A stretch of 64,000 nt of DNA, from IMG/VR virus record IMGVR_UViG_3300027702_000001; one strand, written 5' to 3'. The notes under the pieces are model-generated. The model worked only from the letters and a program-made list of their open reading frames with translations, made no database searches and was not told the origin of the DNA. A program made the translations under genes and the position numbers. The stretch comes from a virus. Within the stretch, counting starts at the first letter, position 1. Every line of letters begins with the position of its first letter. Positions 35,386-45,341 of this stretch are shown piece after piece.

Positions 35386-36071
35386 TTGATGTATTTGTTT
35401 TTGAGTAACCACTTCCTTGTGAGAGGAGTGGGTGAGTAATGTTCCCACATAGGAGTATTTGATGCACAGACTTTAAGTGCTTGTGCAGTCATACCCTCTG
35501 TGTGCCCTGCCCAAAACGCTTCCTTTTCCCAAGGGATTGCCGAGGGTTGTTGGAAATACGTTTTCTCTGCCATATTCTGCCACATTTTAGGAACTTGGTC
35601 CTCTGGGTGAATAATAGCGATCAATGAATTGTTAAGGGTACCTGCCATACAATCCTGAGCAGCGTGCCAACCTTCGTGCCTGACTACTGCCATAAACACG
35701 TGAGGACGACTGACGTGTGCCTCATTTAGATAGAAATGATTACTCACAGTATGGTAAACACCTCTATGTCCAACAGGAAAATACTTTGGACTTGCAATAT
35801 AAACGTTAATTCCTAATTTGTCAAATGATCTTGAAAGACTATTAAACTCTTCTCTAACTGTATTGAAGTTTTGGTTAGAAAAAATCTTTTGTACATCGTC
35901 CGTATTACGGACTCTCTTTACATCTTCAGTACACTCCTGCAGGAGCATACATCCCATAGCATCATTTGTAAACCATCCTTTAGTAATTTTACCTTCAATA
36001 GGTTTTGGTAGGGGGTTTGCTGCTACAGGTAAACTCAAACTCAACAATGTCGCCAATAGGACATTACGCAT
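35382..36071 (-). CDS. Secreted zincin-like protein
   Basis: Signal peptide; RHEGWH (HExxH) and downstream WEKEA. Confidence 0.65.
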   Translation of the reverse strand: MRNVLLATLLSLSLPVAANPLPKPIEGKITKGWFTNDAMGCMLLQECTEDVKRVRNTDDVQKIFSNQNFNTVREEFNSLSRSFDKLGINVYIASPKYFPVGHRGVYHTVSNHFYLNEAHVSRPHVFMAVVRHEGWHAAQDCMAGTLNNSLIAIIHPEDQVPKMWQNMAEKTYFQQPSAIPWEKEAFWAGHTEGMTAQALKVCASNTPMWEHYSPTPLTRKWLLKNKYIK

Positions 36072-36627
36072 ACGAAATCCATCCAGTTACAATTAGTTTT
36101 TCTTCATTTGGTGCGGGGTTACCGTGATGGATATGTGTCCAATCTACAGGCCACAACAGGGTTAAACCCTTTTCTGGTTGAATCTGTAGGTCTTGATGAA
36201 CCCATTGTGTATCACCACCTTCCTCCACGGTGTTTAGGTAGGTCATCCAGACAAGATGTCTGAACGATGTGGTCTTATTTGAACCCACTCTTTCGCAGTG
36301 GGGTTGTGTAAATGCTTGCCCTGGTTCATACTTCTGGATATTGAATGGTTCGATAACCTCCAAATCCGCCATTTTTGCCCAGGGATATTGATCGACGTAC
36401 AATTGAATGCACGCTTGTACCTCATCCAAATAATTTGTAATTCTCGGATCTTTGATCCAAGATGGAACAGACATATCCGTGGAGTTCTTGATCAGTGGAT
36501 CAGTTCCACCACTATATTCACCAGGGACTTTGGCAAGATAATCACAGGTGTTGTAAAAATCCACTACACCGTCAATGATTTCTTCTTTTATTTTGCCACC
36601 TGCAATAAACGATTGTACTGCTGCCAT
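36064..36627 (-). CDS. 2OG-Fe(II) oxygenase (start revised)
   Basis: FNIQKY...HCE...WMTYLN.VEEGG.T...WP..WTH.H.G. Confidence 0.85.
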   Translation of the reverse strand: MAAVQSFIAGGKIKEEIIDGVVDFYNTCDYLAKVPGEYSGGTDPLIKNSTDMSVPSWIKDPRITNYLDEVQACIQLYVDQYPWAKMADLEVIEPFNIQKYEPGQAFTQPHCERVGSNKTTSFRHLVWMTYLNTVEEGGDTQWVHQDLQIQPEKGLTLLWPVDWTHIHHGNPAPNEEKLIVTGWISYA

Positions 36628-36646
36628 AATAATAGATGATAGGTTA

Positions 36647-36874
36647 TTAGTCTTCATAAACCAGACATTCTGGTTCTGAAGGGTTTTGATCACAATAAAG
36701 TTCTAGGTAAGTAGGATCGTGATGATCTCCTGCTTCAATTTCCTTTTTGTGATGTTCTGCGTAATCTTCCAAGTCGTGAAGTTCGCCCTCGATGTGACGA
36801 CGAGTCTGAGGACTTGTCTGTGGATTATCGAGAATCTCTTTATCTTTTTGAATGTGGTCTTCGATGTTTTTCAT
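36647..36874 (-). CDS. cp12: CP12 Calvin-cycle inhibitor
   Basis: C-terminal LELYCDQNPSEPECLVYED. Confidence 0.9.
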   Translation of the reverse strand: MKNIEDHIQKDKEILDNPQTSPQTRRHIEGELHDLEDYAEHHKKEIEAGDHHDPTYLELYCDQNPSEPECLVYED

Positions 36875-36884
36875 TAGGTCTCCT

Positions 36885-38252
36885 TTATGAGGTTACACTA
36901 TCTTTAGATAGTTGTAAGTGGGTAGTTAATCCAGTAGGACTATAGTCGTGTTTTAGTCCTACGACAAGATAACGTCCCGAATATACAGGATCCAATACAG
37001 TTCTTTCCTCTACGTTAGAAGATGCAGGAATTTTACATTGAATTACCATACCGACAGCCAATGATACATTACCTGGGATGGTTATGTCAAGTCTTATGGA
37101 GTTAAGTAACTGCCATCGAGAATACGAGTATGAACTCGCTGCGATGGTATCATTATCCATATTTCCTGCAGTATCGGTTCCATCTTGAGACGTTTTCGCA
37201 TTCTTCATTCCAGGTAGAGCACGGATTTTAACTCTGGTAGGTTTTTTCTCATCAAAGTATGCTTCCTTGATCTTAGGAAAAGGGAAAGCATCATTAAGTG
37301 TTTCTGCCTGTCCAAATACCTCAAGTAATGATTGAGTCCTTGGCGGTGAGATTGAACCAGAGGGTCCACTCTTTCCACTCCCTGCTGTAGGGAGATTACC
37401 TGAAGTGAGTGCAGGTGCTTTAACACCGATAACGGTATTTACATATGCACCAGTTCGCATTTTTTCCAGATGGTTGCCCTGATCTGGATAATTCATACTT
37501 TCGATACTGTAAGCATTATACTCGGCATTGCCGACATTTGCTTGTTCATATGTGAACGTCGGGATAGTTCCCTTGTTCATTAATTCTCCCTTGGTAAGAG
37601 TATCTATAGTATTAAAATAGAACCCATTCTTGTTTTCAAAGAACAAATATCCTGCCTTGTTGTTTTCAGATGAAACAATTTTATCAGAAATATATGCAAT
37701 AACATCAAATGGTCTCCAAGAGGGAGATATAAAATTGAAGTTACCTTTAGAACCTTCGTACGAATATTTCCGTCCAGATGACTTCAAAAACTTATCGACA
37801 ATTTCTTTTACGTGAGTTGATCCAGTCTTATATCTAAATGCTTTGAACACTCTATTTGTTTCATTGTTATATGCTTCTGGTGAAACTGTAAATATCACAT
37901 ATGATTGTGCTCTTTCAGATTTAGTTACCGCACCAATCTTAAAAATACGTTGTCTGACGATTAGAGGTTGATCTGGAGCACTATCTGACTCTAGTTCTAG
38001 TTGGATAAATTCATTACCAGTTAGATCAGAAATCAAGTCAATAGTGTCCATTATCGCAATCTCCATTCTGACCGAAGGAGAATCAATAGACTCAATGTAA
38101 TTAAATCCAGGGCAGACACCTCTAATATCTACTGCCTTTCCCCCGTCAGGTGACAGTTCCTGAATCTTTTCTGATGGAACATAGTCATCTGCCAAATACA
38201 GATTAAACTGTTTAATTTTATACCCTTTTGCTTGGTACGTTGATTCAGACAT
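36885..38252 (-). CDS. Baseplate hub protein (gp27-like by position)
   Basis: Follows tape-measure-like genes; YLFFENKNGFYF, IPGNVSLAVG..I, SGRYLV..LKH typical of hub proteins. Confidence 0.6.
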   Translation of the reverse strand: MSESTYQAKGYKIKQFNLYLADDYVPSEKIQELSPDGGKAVDIRGVCPGFNYIESIDSPSVRMEIAIMDTIDLISDLTGNEFIQLELESDSAPDQPLIVRQRIFKIGAVTKSERAQSYVIFTVSPEAYNNETNRVFKAFRYKTGSTHVKEIVDKFLKSSGRKYSYEGSKGNFNFISPSWRPFDVIAYISDKIVSSENNKAGYLFFENKNGFYFNTIDTLTKGELMNKGTIPTFTYEQANVGNAEYNAYSIESMNYPDQGNHLEKMRTGAYVNTVIGVKAPALTSGNLPTAGSGKSGPSGSISPPRTQSLLEVFGQAETLNDAFPFPKIKEAYFDEKKPTRVKIRALPGMKNAKTSQDGTDTAGNMDNDTIAASSYSYSRWQLLNSIRLDITIPGNVSLAVGMVIQCKIPASSNVEERTVLDPVYSGRYLVVGLKHDYSPTGLTTHLQLSKDSVTS

Positions 38253-40279
38253 CAGAACAGATTACTCAGTACACTAGCGGATTCAGCAACTCTACCAAAC
38301 CTACTAGACAAGAAGTCAGTCGCTGGATTGGGTCTACCTTTTTGTACAACAGGGGCACCGCCACCACCACCTGAACTAGTTTTAGCAGTAGGTAGTACGA
38401 TTGCATCAGCAACCATAGTCTCTATACTAGAATTTAGGTCCTCAGTCTTGACCTTAGTGGCAATACTCTTGATATTTGCAACTGTTTTGCTAATAATATT
38501 ACCAGTTCTTTCTTTAAGTGCAGGTGGCATAATATCAACAACCCTATTCACAACACCACCAATATTCTGTGCAGCAACATTGATATGTGGTTGCATAAAG
38601 TTCATTGCTGCCTGTGCACCTGGGGGTAGAGTTGCCGATCCCATTGCTGTCCCTATACCTTTCAACATACCACCAAATGAATATCCTTTATATTGTCCGT
38701 AATTTGATGGGGGTAGTGATGAAACTGCTGTTGACTTTTTAGATCCGAAATCAAAAGGAACTGTACCACCCATAGAAAATCCAGGGACTTTATATCCTGC
38801 AGAAGTTGCTTGTTGAATTCTTCTACTAGTAAGTCCAGGGTCTTTCTTAGTATGAGGGGTATTAAATGGAACAACAAAACCCCCAGAGGATCTTTGTGCC
38901 ACATATTCAGTTCCGTGTCCGATAAAGGATACAGACTTACCACCATCGAGTGATACTGGGTAACCTGATTGTGGTCCAGAGATCCAACCACCATTCGACT
39001 TCTCAGGTAGAACTGCAGTCTGTGGTCGAATCAGACCACCTATTGACATCTCTTGTTGTTCTTCTGCGTTATCTGCTGCTGCAGCGTCCATTCTCTCCTG
39101 CACCCCAGGAATCATCTTGAGGAAACCAGTCAACCCTTCGATCATTTTGATCAGTGGGAAGAATGCCGCTTTACCCATAAATTCGGCAAACGACAGTAAT
39201 TTAGGTAGATGTGGTTTGATCGCATCTACTATCATCTGCAATGGAGGACCCACTGCTTTGAAAAGTTCTGAAATTGCCTCTCTTAAAGGTTTAAAGAACG
39301 TGTCAAGTGTCTCCATCATAAAGTCAAATGCTTCCTTAATAGTATTGAAGAAATTACCAACTATAGGTCCAAGGAACTTGCCTGCCTCTTTTCCTAGTAA
39401 TCCACCAACAGCGTTACCAATCAAACCACCGATAGGACCTGCAATCTTATTACCGATCATACCAAGTGCCATAGCACCACCACCTGCACCAATACCAGCA
39501 CCTCTCGCCGCTGCCATCCTATCTTCTTCAACACCGTCATAGTTCTCTGCTACATCCTGATATGCCAAGACTCCCTGTGTGCCTGCTAGTGCTAACTGAC
39601 CCAGAGGGTTGCCACCAAGGAATTTACCCAGATTCAGGATACCTTTACCAATGGTACTAATAATACTGGTAAATGCTTGGATAGTTCCAATAGGATTCTT
39701 CAGGAACGATAAACCTGCTAATACAGCAAGTCCTGCACCAAGCATTTTTGCTGCTGCTTGGAATCTAGTCCATCCATCACTATCTTCACCAAATAACTCA
39801 CCATATTTCTGTTTCCACCAATTTATCGTGTCTCCAATCCACTTGAAGAACCCACTTACCATCTCAAACGCTTTTACTATCTTCTCTCGATTCTCTTTCT
39901 TAGATAACCAATTGAGTGCACCGAATAGGAACAGGTTTTTAAGGAACTTCATCAGATAGTCCATAAATCCCAAACCAGCACCCTTTGTGGCACTGATTGC
40001 ACTATCTGCAGTATCTCCTTTTGCTTCTATCGCTGCTTCTCTTTGTCTGTCTGCTTGAAGAGCAGCAAAGCGGCGCTGCTCATCCATAAGTCTTTGTTGT
40101 GCTACTTGGTTCTTCTTCAGTGCAAGACCAATACTATTTACAGTCGCTCCTAGGGAATTAATTGCTTTAACTGTCGGGACGAAACCTGTGGTGGTAAATG
40201 TTTTTTTACCGACAGTCATCTGTGCACCATCTGCCTCTTTAGGTGGTGTGACGTATTTGTATAGTCTTATCTTACTCAT
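38252..40279 (-). CDS. Tape-measure-like protein (paralogue 2)
   Basis: Helical Gly/Ala-rich; N-terminus paralogous to 40283..42802. Confidence 0.6.
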   Translation of the reverse strand: MSKIRLYKYVTPPKEADGAQMTVGKKTFTTTGFVPTVKAINSLGATVNSIGLALKKNQVAQQRLMDEQRRFAALQADRQREAAIEAKGDTADSAISATKGAGLGFMDYLMKFLKNLFLFGALNWLSKKENREKIVKAFEMVSGFFKWIGDTINWWKQKYGELFGEDSDGWTRFQAAAKMLGAGLAVLAGLSFLKNPIGTIQAFTSIISTIGKGILNLGKFLGGNPLGQLALAGTQGVLAYQDVAENYDGVEEDRMAAARGAGIGAGGGAMALGMIGNKIAGPIGGLIGNAVGGLLGKEAGKFLGPIVGNFFNTIKEAFDFMMETLDTFFKPLREAISELFKAVGPPLQMIVDAIKPHLPKLLSFAEFMGKAAFFPLIKMIEGLTGFLKMIPGVQERMDAAAADNAEEQQEMSIGGLIRPQTAVLPEKSNGGWISGPQSGYPVSLDGGKSVSFIGHGTEYVAQRSSGGFVVPFNTPHTKKDPGLTSRRIQQATSAGYKVPGFSMGGTVPFDFGSKKSTAVSSLPPSNYGQYKGYSFGGMLKGIGTAMGSATLPPGAQAAMNFMQPHINVAAQNIGGVVNRVVDIMPPALKERTGNIISKTVANIKSIATKVKTEDLNSSIETMVADAIVLPTAKTSSGGGGGAPVVQKGRPNPATDFLSSRFGRVAESASVLSNLF

Positions 40280-40282
40280 AGT

Positions 40283-42802
40283 TTATAAACCGTGGAATCC
40301 ACCCATACCTGTTAGAGAATAGTCACTAGGTGATGTGACCGTTTGTGCTCCTCCCACACCAGTCTCTGAGAGAATAGTTTTAATAATTGGTTGGAATACT
40401 ACCATTGAGGATCCATCTGCAGAACTTAGTTCGGTATCTTGTTGTTGAGATGACCGTGTTAATTCACTAGTCTTCGTACTATTTAGATCTGTTGGTCTTA
40501 TTTCTCTATTGTCAGGACTAGGTGAAGGTCCAGTGCTCAACTGTTTTGCACCTTTACTGATAGCAACTCTTATAGTTTCTGGCATCACCGCTTTATATTT
40601 TTTCACAAAATCCTTATCTTTCTTATTACCTGCAGTACCACCGAGAGTCACACCGACACAACCTGCAGTACCATTGTCATTAATATCATTATGAAGTTGA
40701 ATTGCAGATCTCTTACCAATAACACCACCCATATTGTTAATAAAGGTAGACCAAGTTCCAATACCACTTACATATGAGTGTTCTGCAAATCCAACAAGAG
40801 GATACTTACCATCTGGTAAAGGATAAAGAGCACCAGATACGTTTCTTCTTTGTGATTGTGATGTACCTGCTGTACTATATTGACCACTAATCGCTTCCCA
40901 CTGACCAACCTTTCTATTCTTACCATCAAACAGACGTAGCACACCAGTAGCACCATCACCGTGTCCTTGGAAATCTAAACGTCCTCCTTTTGGTACAGGA
41001 CTATCATCTTTACTGACACCTTTCTTCGCTACAAATGGATCATCGACCATAGAAGTTTGAGGTTGTGCCATCTCAAACTGTGCCAATGCTGCCCTAGCAC
41101 TCTCTGCTTTCTCTTCAGCGAACGGTATTAAAACATTCTCCCAGTGCTTCGCTTTTTCTTCGTTGGTTGAACCCAAACCATTCCAGTGTCCATTACCAAT
41201 GTGCATACCTGGGGCACCATTTGATGTCCAGATAACTCCGTCAACCATTCCCCAGACAGATCTAGCACCACCTTCACCATTTGCAATTCTTTCTCTTATT
41301 TCTTTGAGTTCATTCTTCAATCTCTTCACGTCATAGTCTTCATTCACTACCTGTGCTGTTGCCTTTTGACCATCAGAACCAATGAGTCTTGTTATAGTAT
41401 TCCCTGCTCCTGAAACGAAGGATCCAACATTATTAATTGCCCAGATCGCTTTCTCAAATATCCAGACAATACTATCTAACGCTGCCTTAGCAGCAGGACC
41501 AATAATATAGTCCATCAAACCTTGGAAAGCAGCACCTGCAATAGGTGCAATAAACTCAAGCACCATATCAAGGACGTGCTTCAAAGGTTCAAACAAATCT
41601 TGTATTGCTGTTGCAACTGGTTTTACAAATGCATTAAACATTGGTAGAGCAATATTCTTAAAGAAATCTCCAAGAGGTTTCAGAATAGGTTCGATTGCCT
41701 CTCCAAGGAACGCTCCAATCTTATCTCCAAAGAACCCACCTAGAACACCACCCACAATAGGTGCAAATGGTCCTAGGACAGGTGTTAACAGTGCAGTGAC
41801 CGCAACTGTACCAATGGTGGCACCGATACCTCCACCTGCTGCCACATTCATACTGTCACCAGCAGCGAGTCTGGATCCAAATGAGAGTGCACCTGCAAAT
41901 ATACCTCCACCAACACCAGATCGCATAAAGCGACCCATACCTGTCATACCTTTAAATCCTGCCCTTCCTGCAATACGACCACCGAATCTTGATTTAGATG
42001 CATTGCCACCAAATCTTCTAGCATATCTCTGTCGTGCTGCCTTCGATGCATTACCAGACCTAACACCTCTAGGTGGTCTTTTTGGTCGAGTATTATTCTT
42101 TAAGAAATTATTTTGATTTACTTTCTTTGCGTTCTTTGCGGCAGTGGTACGATTAGTTTTAAATAATTTTGATAGTTTGCCAATATCTCCTGCCAACTTC
42201 CAGGGCATTAAAATCCTACTTGCCAACTTGAGCGCGGCGAGACCCCCTACAACTTTCAGCGCCCTCATTAAGTAACTGTCGTTCCCATCTGGATCGAACA
42301 GTCCATCGTATAGAGTTCGGAAACCCCACGCTCCGACTTTCCAAACAGTTCCTAACCACTTACCAATCCATTCGAACCCAGTCCGAACCGCCTCTTTGTT
42401 TTCCTTCTTAGACAACCAGTCTAATGCAAAGTATGTACCAAGAGTTGTAGCAAATGCAATCAGTGGTTCTATTAATGGTCCTAGGAATCCAAAGAGACCA
42501 CTCCCACCACGTTTTGAATATCCTCTTGAGTTCGCCTCTTTTTCTATCTCATCAGTTGCTTGCTTCTCAATCTTATTTTCTCTCGCCCTGTCCTGTGCTA
42601 GAGATTTTCTCCCTTGCACAGCGTACGCTGCATCAAGTCGTGCTTGGTGTCCTGCTGTGAGAATCTTACCAACATCGGTGACAGTATGTCCCAATCGGTT
42701 GACCGCTAGGGTCATTGACATTGCAGGATCCTTCTTGTCCATACCAGAGGTAGTGACAGGAATAAAGTTTCTTATTGATAACTTGGGTGCTGCTTTTGCC
42801 AT
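40283..42802 (-). CDS. Tape-measure-like protein (gp29-like) with C-terminal L,D-transpeptidase-like domain
   Basis: Helical Gly/Ala-rich body; C-terminal IQLHND...GTAGCVG. Confidence 0.6.
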   Translation of the reverse strand: MAKAAPKLSIRNFIPVTTSGMDKKDPAMSMTLAVNRLGHTVTDVGKILTAGHQARLDAAYAVQGRKSLAQDRARENKIEKQATDEIEKEANSRGYSKRGGSGLFGFLGPLIEPLIAFATTLGTYFALDWLSKKENKEAVRTGFEWIGKWLGTVWKVGAWGFRTLYDGLFDPDGNDSYLMRALKVVGGLAALKLASRILMPWKLAGDIGKLSKLFKTNRTTAAKNAKKVNQNNFLKNNTRPKRPPRGVRSGNASKAARQRYARRFGGNASKSRFGGRIAGRAGFKGMTGMGRFMRSGVGGGIFAGALSFGSRLAAGDSMNVAAGGGIGATIGTVAVTALLTPVLGPFAPIVGGVLGGFFGDKIGAFLGEAIEPILKPLGDFFKNIALPMFNAFVKPVATAIQDLFEPLKHVLDMVLEFIAPIAGAAFQGLMDYIIGPAAKAALDSIVWIFEKAIWAINNVGSFVSGAGNTITRLIGSDGQKATAQVVNEDYDVKRLKNELKEIRERIANGEGGARSVWGMVDGVIWTSNGAPGMHIGNGHWNGLGSTNEEKAKHWENVLIPFAEEKAESARAALAQFEMAQPQTSMVDDPFVAKKGVSKDDSPVPKGGRLDFQGHGDGATGVLRLFDGKNRKVGQWEAISGQYSTAGTSQSQRRNVSGALYPLPDGKYPLVGFAEHSYVSGIGTWSTFINNMGGVIGKRSAIQLHNDINDNGTAGCVGVTLGGTAGNKKDKDFVKKYKAVMPETIRVAISKGAKQLSTGPSPSPDNREIRPTDLNSTKTSELTRSSQQQDTELSSADGSSMVVFQPIIKTILSETGVGGAQTVTSPSDYSLTGMGGFHGL

Positions 42803-42975
42803 TAAAGTGACTGGTGTTGTCCCGCCTGCTGGCGTTGTCTTGCCTCTTCTTCACGTAAGTAACGCATCAAGAGGTTCACATAAACATCCCTTTCCCACGG
42901 CATCATATTTTCAAGTTCTGTGAGACTATACTTATGATGTTGCATCAAAGCAAAATTAGTCTCATACATATTCAT
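42802..42975 (-). CDS. gp51: gp51 baseplate hub assembly protein (short form; probable frameshift extension of gp26)
   Basis: Manual translation MNMYETNFALMQHHKYSLTELENMMPWERDVYVNLL... Confidence 0.85.
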   Translation of the reverse strand: MNMYETNFALMQHHKYSLTELENMMPWERDVYVNLLMRYLREEEARQRQQAGQHQSL

Positions 42976-42995
42976 CAACGAATCGTGCGCTAGGG

Positions 42996-43700
42996 CTACG
43001 CGAAAAAACTTGCTAGTCCTTCGAGTAAGATTGGTGATGTAACTTCGGTCTTCGGATTGAAAACCTCAATAGTATGGGAGAGTTTAGGCATAGTTTCAAA
43101 GAACTTCTGGACTAAAGCAAACTGTTGTGAGTTCATATTTTCATAGAATTCAACTAGTTCTTTAGTTGTAGAATCTTTTCCTTCATATACATCCTCACCT
43201 TCAGCAATACTTTCAGTACAACTAGCAGCGAGTTTGAATAGATCGTCTACACCTGGGTTGTCAACGAGATTATTCTTCACAAACACATCCAAGGATGGAT
43301 ATTTCATAGTGATGGTAACTTCATCGGTGACTTTGAGAATGGTGGTATGTTCCTTAGGAATTTGTACCTTAACTTCATCAAGGTTGACTTCAACATCAAC
43401 TTGAGTCTTCTCATCATCAGGACAAGTGATTTTAAATTCACTCACCTCACCAACAGATTTACCACGGATTTTAAGAAAGAGATATTCAATATCGAATGTA
43501 GCAAGATCGTCAAGTTTCTTGAGGTTGGTACAATTCTTGATAATCTCTTTCACCGCTTTGATCATCTCTTTGTTATCCTGTGTTTCCATAGCAAGGTAAA
43601 GAAGTTTCTCTTCTCTCACTAGGAATGGTCTATAGGTAACCTTTTGACCACGAGGAAGCACGCATTCATAATCTGGAATGCTCAGTTTGGGTAAAGGCAT
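42996..43700 (-). CDS. gp26: gp26 baseplate hub assembly chaperone
   Basis: MPLPK, YRPFLVREEK, FLKIRGKSVGE, CPDD, GLASFF. Confidence 0.9.
   Translation of the reverse strand: MPLPKLSIPDYECVLPRGQKVTYRPFLVREEKLLYLAMETQDNKEMIKAVKEIIKNCTNLKKLDDLATFDIEYLFLKIRGKSVGEVSEFKITCPDDEKTQVDVEVNLDEVKVQIPKEHTTILKVTDEVTITMKYPSLDVFVKNNLVDNPGVDDLFKLAASCTESIAEGEDVYEGKDSTTKELVEFYENMNSQQFALVQKFFETMPKLSHTIEVFNPKTEVTSPILLEGLASFFA
43002..43008 (-). other. Putative -1 ribosomal frameshift heptamer T TTT TTC
   Basis: Last codons of gp26 are AGT TTT TTC GCG TAG; the -1 frame is open into gp51. Confidence 0.65.
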
Positions 43701-43729
43701 CGTGTAAAATTACAATTCAGTAAAACTAT

Positions 43730-44455
43730 TTAGACCCCGACGTAGGTCCTTAGATCATTATCGTCGAGAACACTATCTATATTGTTTATAACCTTTTCTT
43801 TGGTCCAACCATTTACCTTGTCCTGTTTTGTAGTAAATCTATAACGCTCAAACTTAAACTGTACATCTAATCTAATTATTTCTGAATTACTATTACCGAA
43901 GGTCATTGTACCTAGGTTGAATGGATATGCTCCAGTGAATCTCCAGACACCAACTGCTTTATTTAAACGTGTTTGATATGTCTGTCCTTTCTTCTTAGTC
44001 TTCACAACAAAGTTAGATCCTCTCTCCCATTTCCTTACAATGATGTCACAAATATAATCATCATAGAAACTGACTCTGTTCTCACCATCAGGTGCAATAG
44101 AATTCATCCAAGTCTCAAAGAAATCTCTATGCCACTGGTTCTTTGTCACTAAGAATGAGATTGCTAGTTCATTAGGTGTCTGTCCTGTTACATATGATCT
44201 TTGAAGACCAAAGTTCTGAGTGTCTCCAGTCGTCAAGTTTCTTGAAGGGATAGTAACTTGATCAGCAAAATAATTTACAGCGTCATAATATTCTCTTCCA
44301 TATGCAATCGTCCCACCACCATTAAGTGCTGCAGATCCTAGAACACCAGGGAATCCGACCTCTACTGAGTAAAGATTACCACGGGAAGGTTCCCACGCTC
44401 CCTTAGCAACAAGGTCTGTGAATGATCGAAATGAATTAGGTGCTGCGTATGACAT
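43730..44455 (-). CDS. Tail tube family protein (gp19/gp54-like)
   Basis: R.NLYSV, VTIPSR, FFETWMN, FYDDY, AYPFNL. Confidence 0.7.
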   Translation of the reverse strand: MSYAAPNSFRSFTDLVAKGAWEPSRGNLYSVEVGFPGVLGSAALNGGGTIAYGREYYDAVNYFADQVTIPSRNLTTGDTQNFGLQRSYVTGQTPNELAISFLVTKNQWHRDFFETWMNSIAPDGENRVSFYDDYICDIIVRKWERGSNFVVKTKKKGQTYQTRLNKAVGVWRFTGAYPFNLGTMTFGNSNSEIIRLDVQFKFERYRFTTKQDKVNGWTKEKVINNIDSVLDDNDLRTYVGV

Positions 44456-44910
44456 TAGAGTCTCTTTAATACTAACGATGTTGGTACGGGTATGTTTCTT
44501 CCGTTGACAGTGGTTACAAATTCTTCAGAGGGAATCAAACCAATATCTGCCCACTCAGAGTTTTCAATGCTGTAATAGGGTGATAGAACATTACTTCGCA
44601 AGTATTTATGCAGAGTAACGGGAGGTGGTGACGGGGTGAACCCTGAGACCCGTGCTTGAGGTGGTAGATAGTGTACATTAGCACCCCAAAAGTGGTTCGC
44701 TGACTCACCTATGACATACACCAAAGGATACTTATCCCAGAACTGATACTTCTCTGCATACTCTGCTGTGTACTGGAAAGTACATACTCCTCCCACAGCA
44801 GGACCATCTATGCCACGACCTGACAGGTAGAAGAACAACTGACTCCTCCACCAAGAGGGTGACTGTGCTTTATAGTTTGCTAGATCTCTTAGATCTTGAT
44901 AGACGCTCAT
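44455..44910 (-). CDS. gp2: DNA end protector protein
   Basis: FQYTA...WDKYPLV...FWGANVHYL. Confidence 0.7.
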   Translation of the reverse strand: MSVYQDLRDLANYKAQSPSWWRSQLFFYLSGRGIDGPAVGGVCTFQYTAEYAEKYQFWDKYPLVYVIGESANHFWGANVHYLPPQARVSGFTPSPPPVTLHKYLRSNVLSPYYSIENSEWADIGLIPSEEFVTTVNGRNIPVPTSLVLKRL

Positions 44911-45341
44911 ACTTTGAGTTCTTTTTCTGTGAGTATCATAAATTTCATCTTACGATCTGCACAATACTCACGTGCTGCCTTCCACTTCGCCTGATTGACT
45001 CCGTACGTGGCAATCTCTGTCAATAATCTCTTAGTCTTCCTACCTTTTTTAGGTGGAAGAGTTTGTGCCTTGGGTTTTACCTCCACTATATATTTAGTAG
45101 TACCAGAGGAAGTTCTTCCTTTGATGTAGAAATCTGGAAAATATCTGTGTATTCTATTGTCAATAGGTGAAACATAGGGAATGATTATCTCCTCTGAACC
45201 CCATTCGATGACGTTCTCATTCTTATCGCACCACACCATTAATTTACGTTCCCACAAACTTCTATAAATAATATTCGTAGGGTCACCTTTGTATTTTCCT
45301 GGGTAACTAGGTCTGAACCTTCCAGAATAACTTCGCTGCAT
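44907..45341 (-). CDS. gp4: Head completion nuclease
   Basis: YSGRFRP.YP.KYKGDP..IIYRSLWE...HRYFPDF...VEVKP...NQAKW. Confidence 0.92.
   Translation of the reverse strand: MQRSYSGRFRPSYPGKYKGDPTNIIYRSLWERKLMVWCDKNENVIEWGSEEIIIPYVSPIDNRIHRYFPDFYIKGRTSSGTTKYIVEVKPKAQTLPPKKGRKTKRLLTEIATYGVNQAKWKAAREYCADRKMKFMILTEKELKV
45263..45270 (+). promoter_or_regulatory. T4-type late promoter for gp48-gp53, inside gp4
   Basis: TATAAATA on plus strand 72 nt before gp48 ATG. Confidence 0.6.

Noticed and set aside
42990-42998. Stop read-through of gp26 as the route into gp51
   Set aside because: Frame 0 meets a second TAG two codons later; only the -1 frame is open
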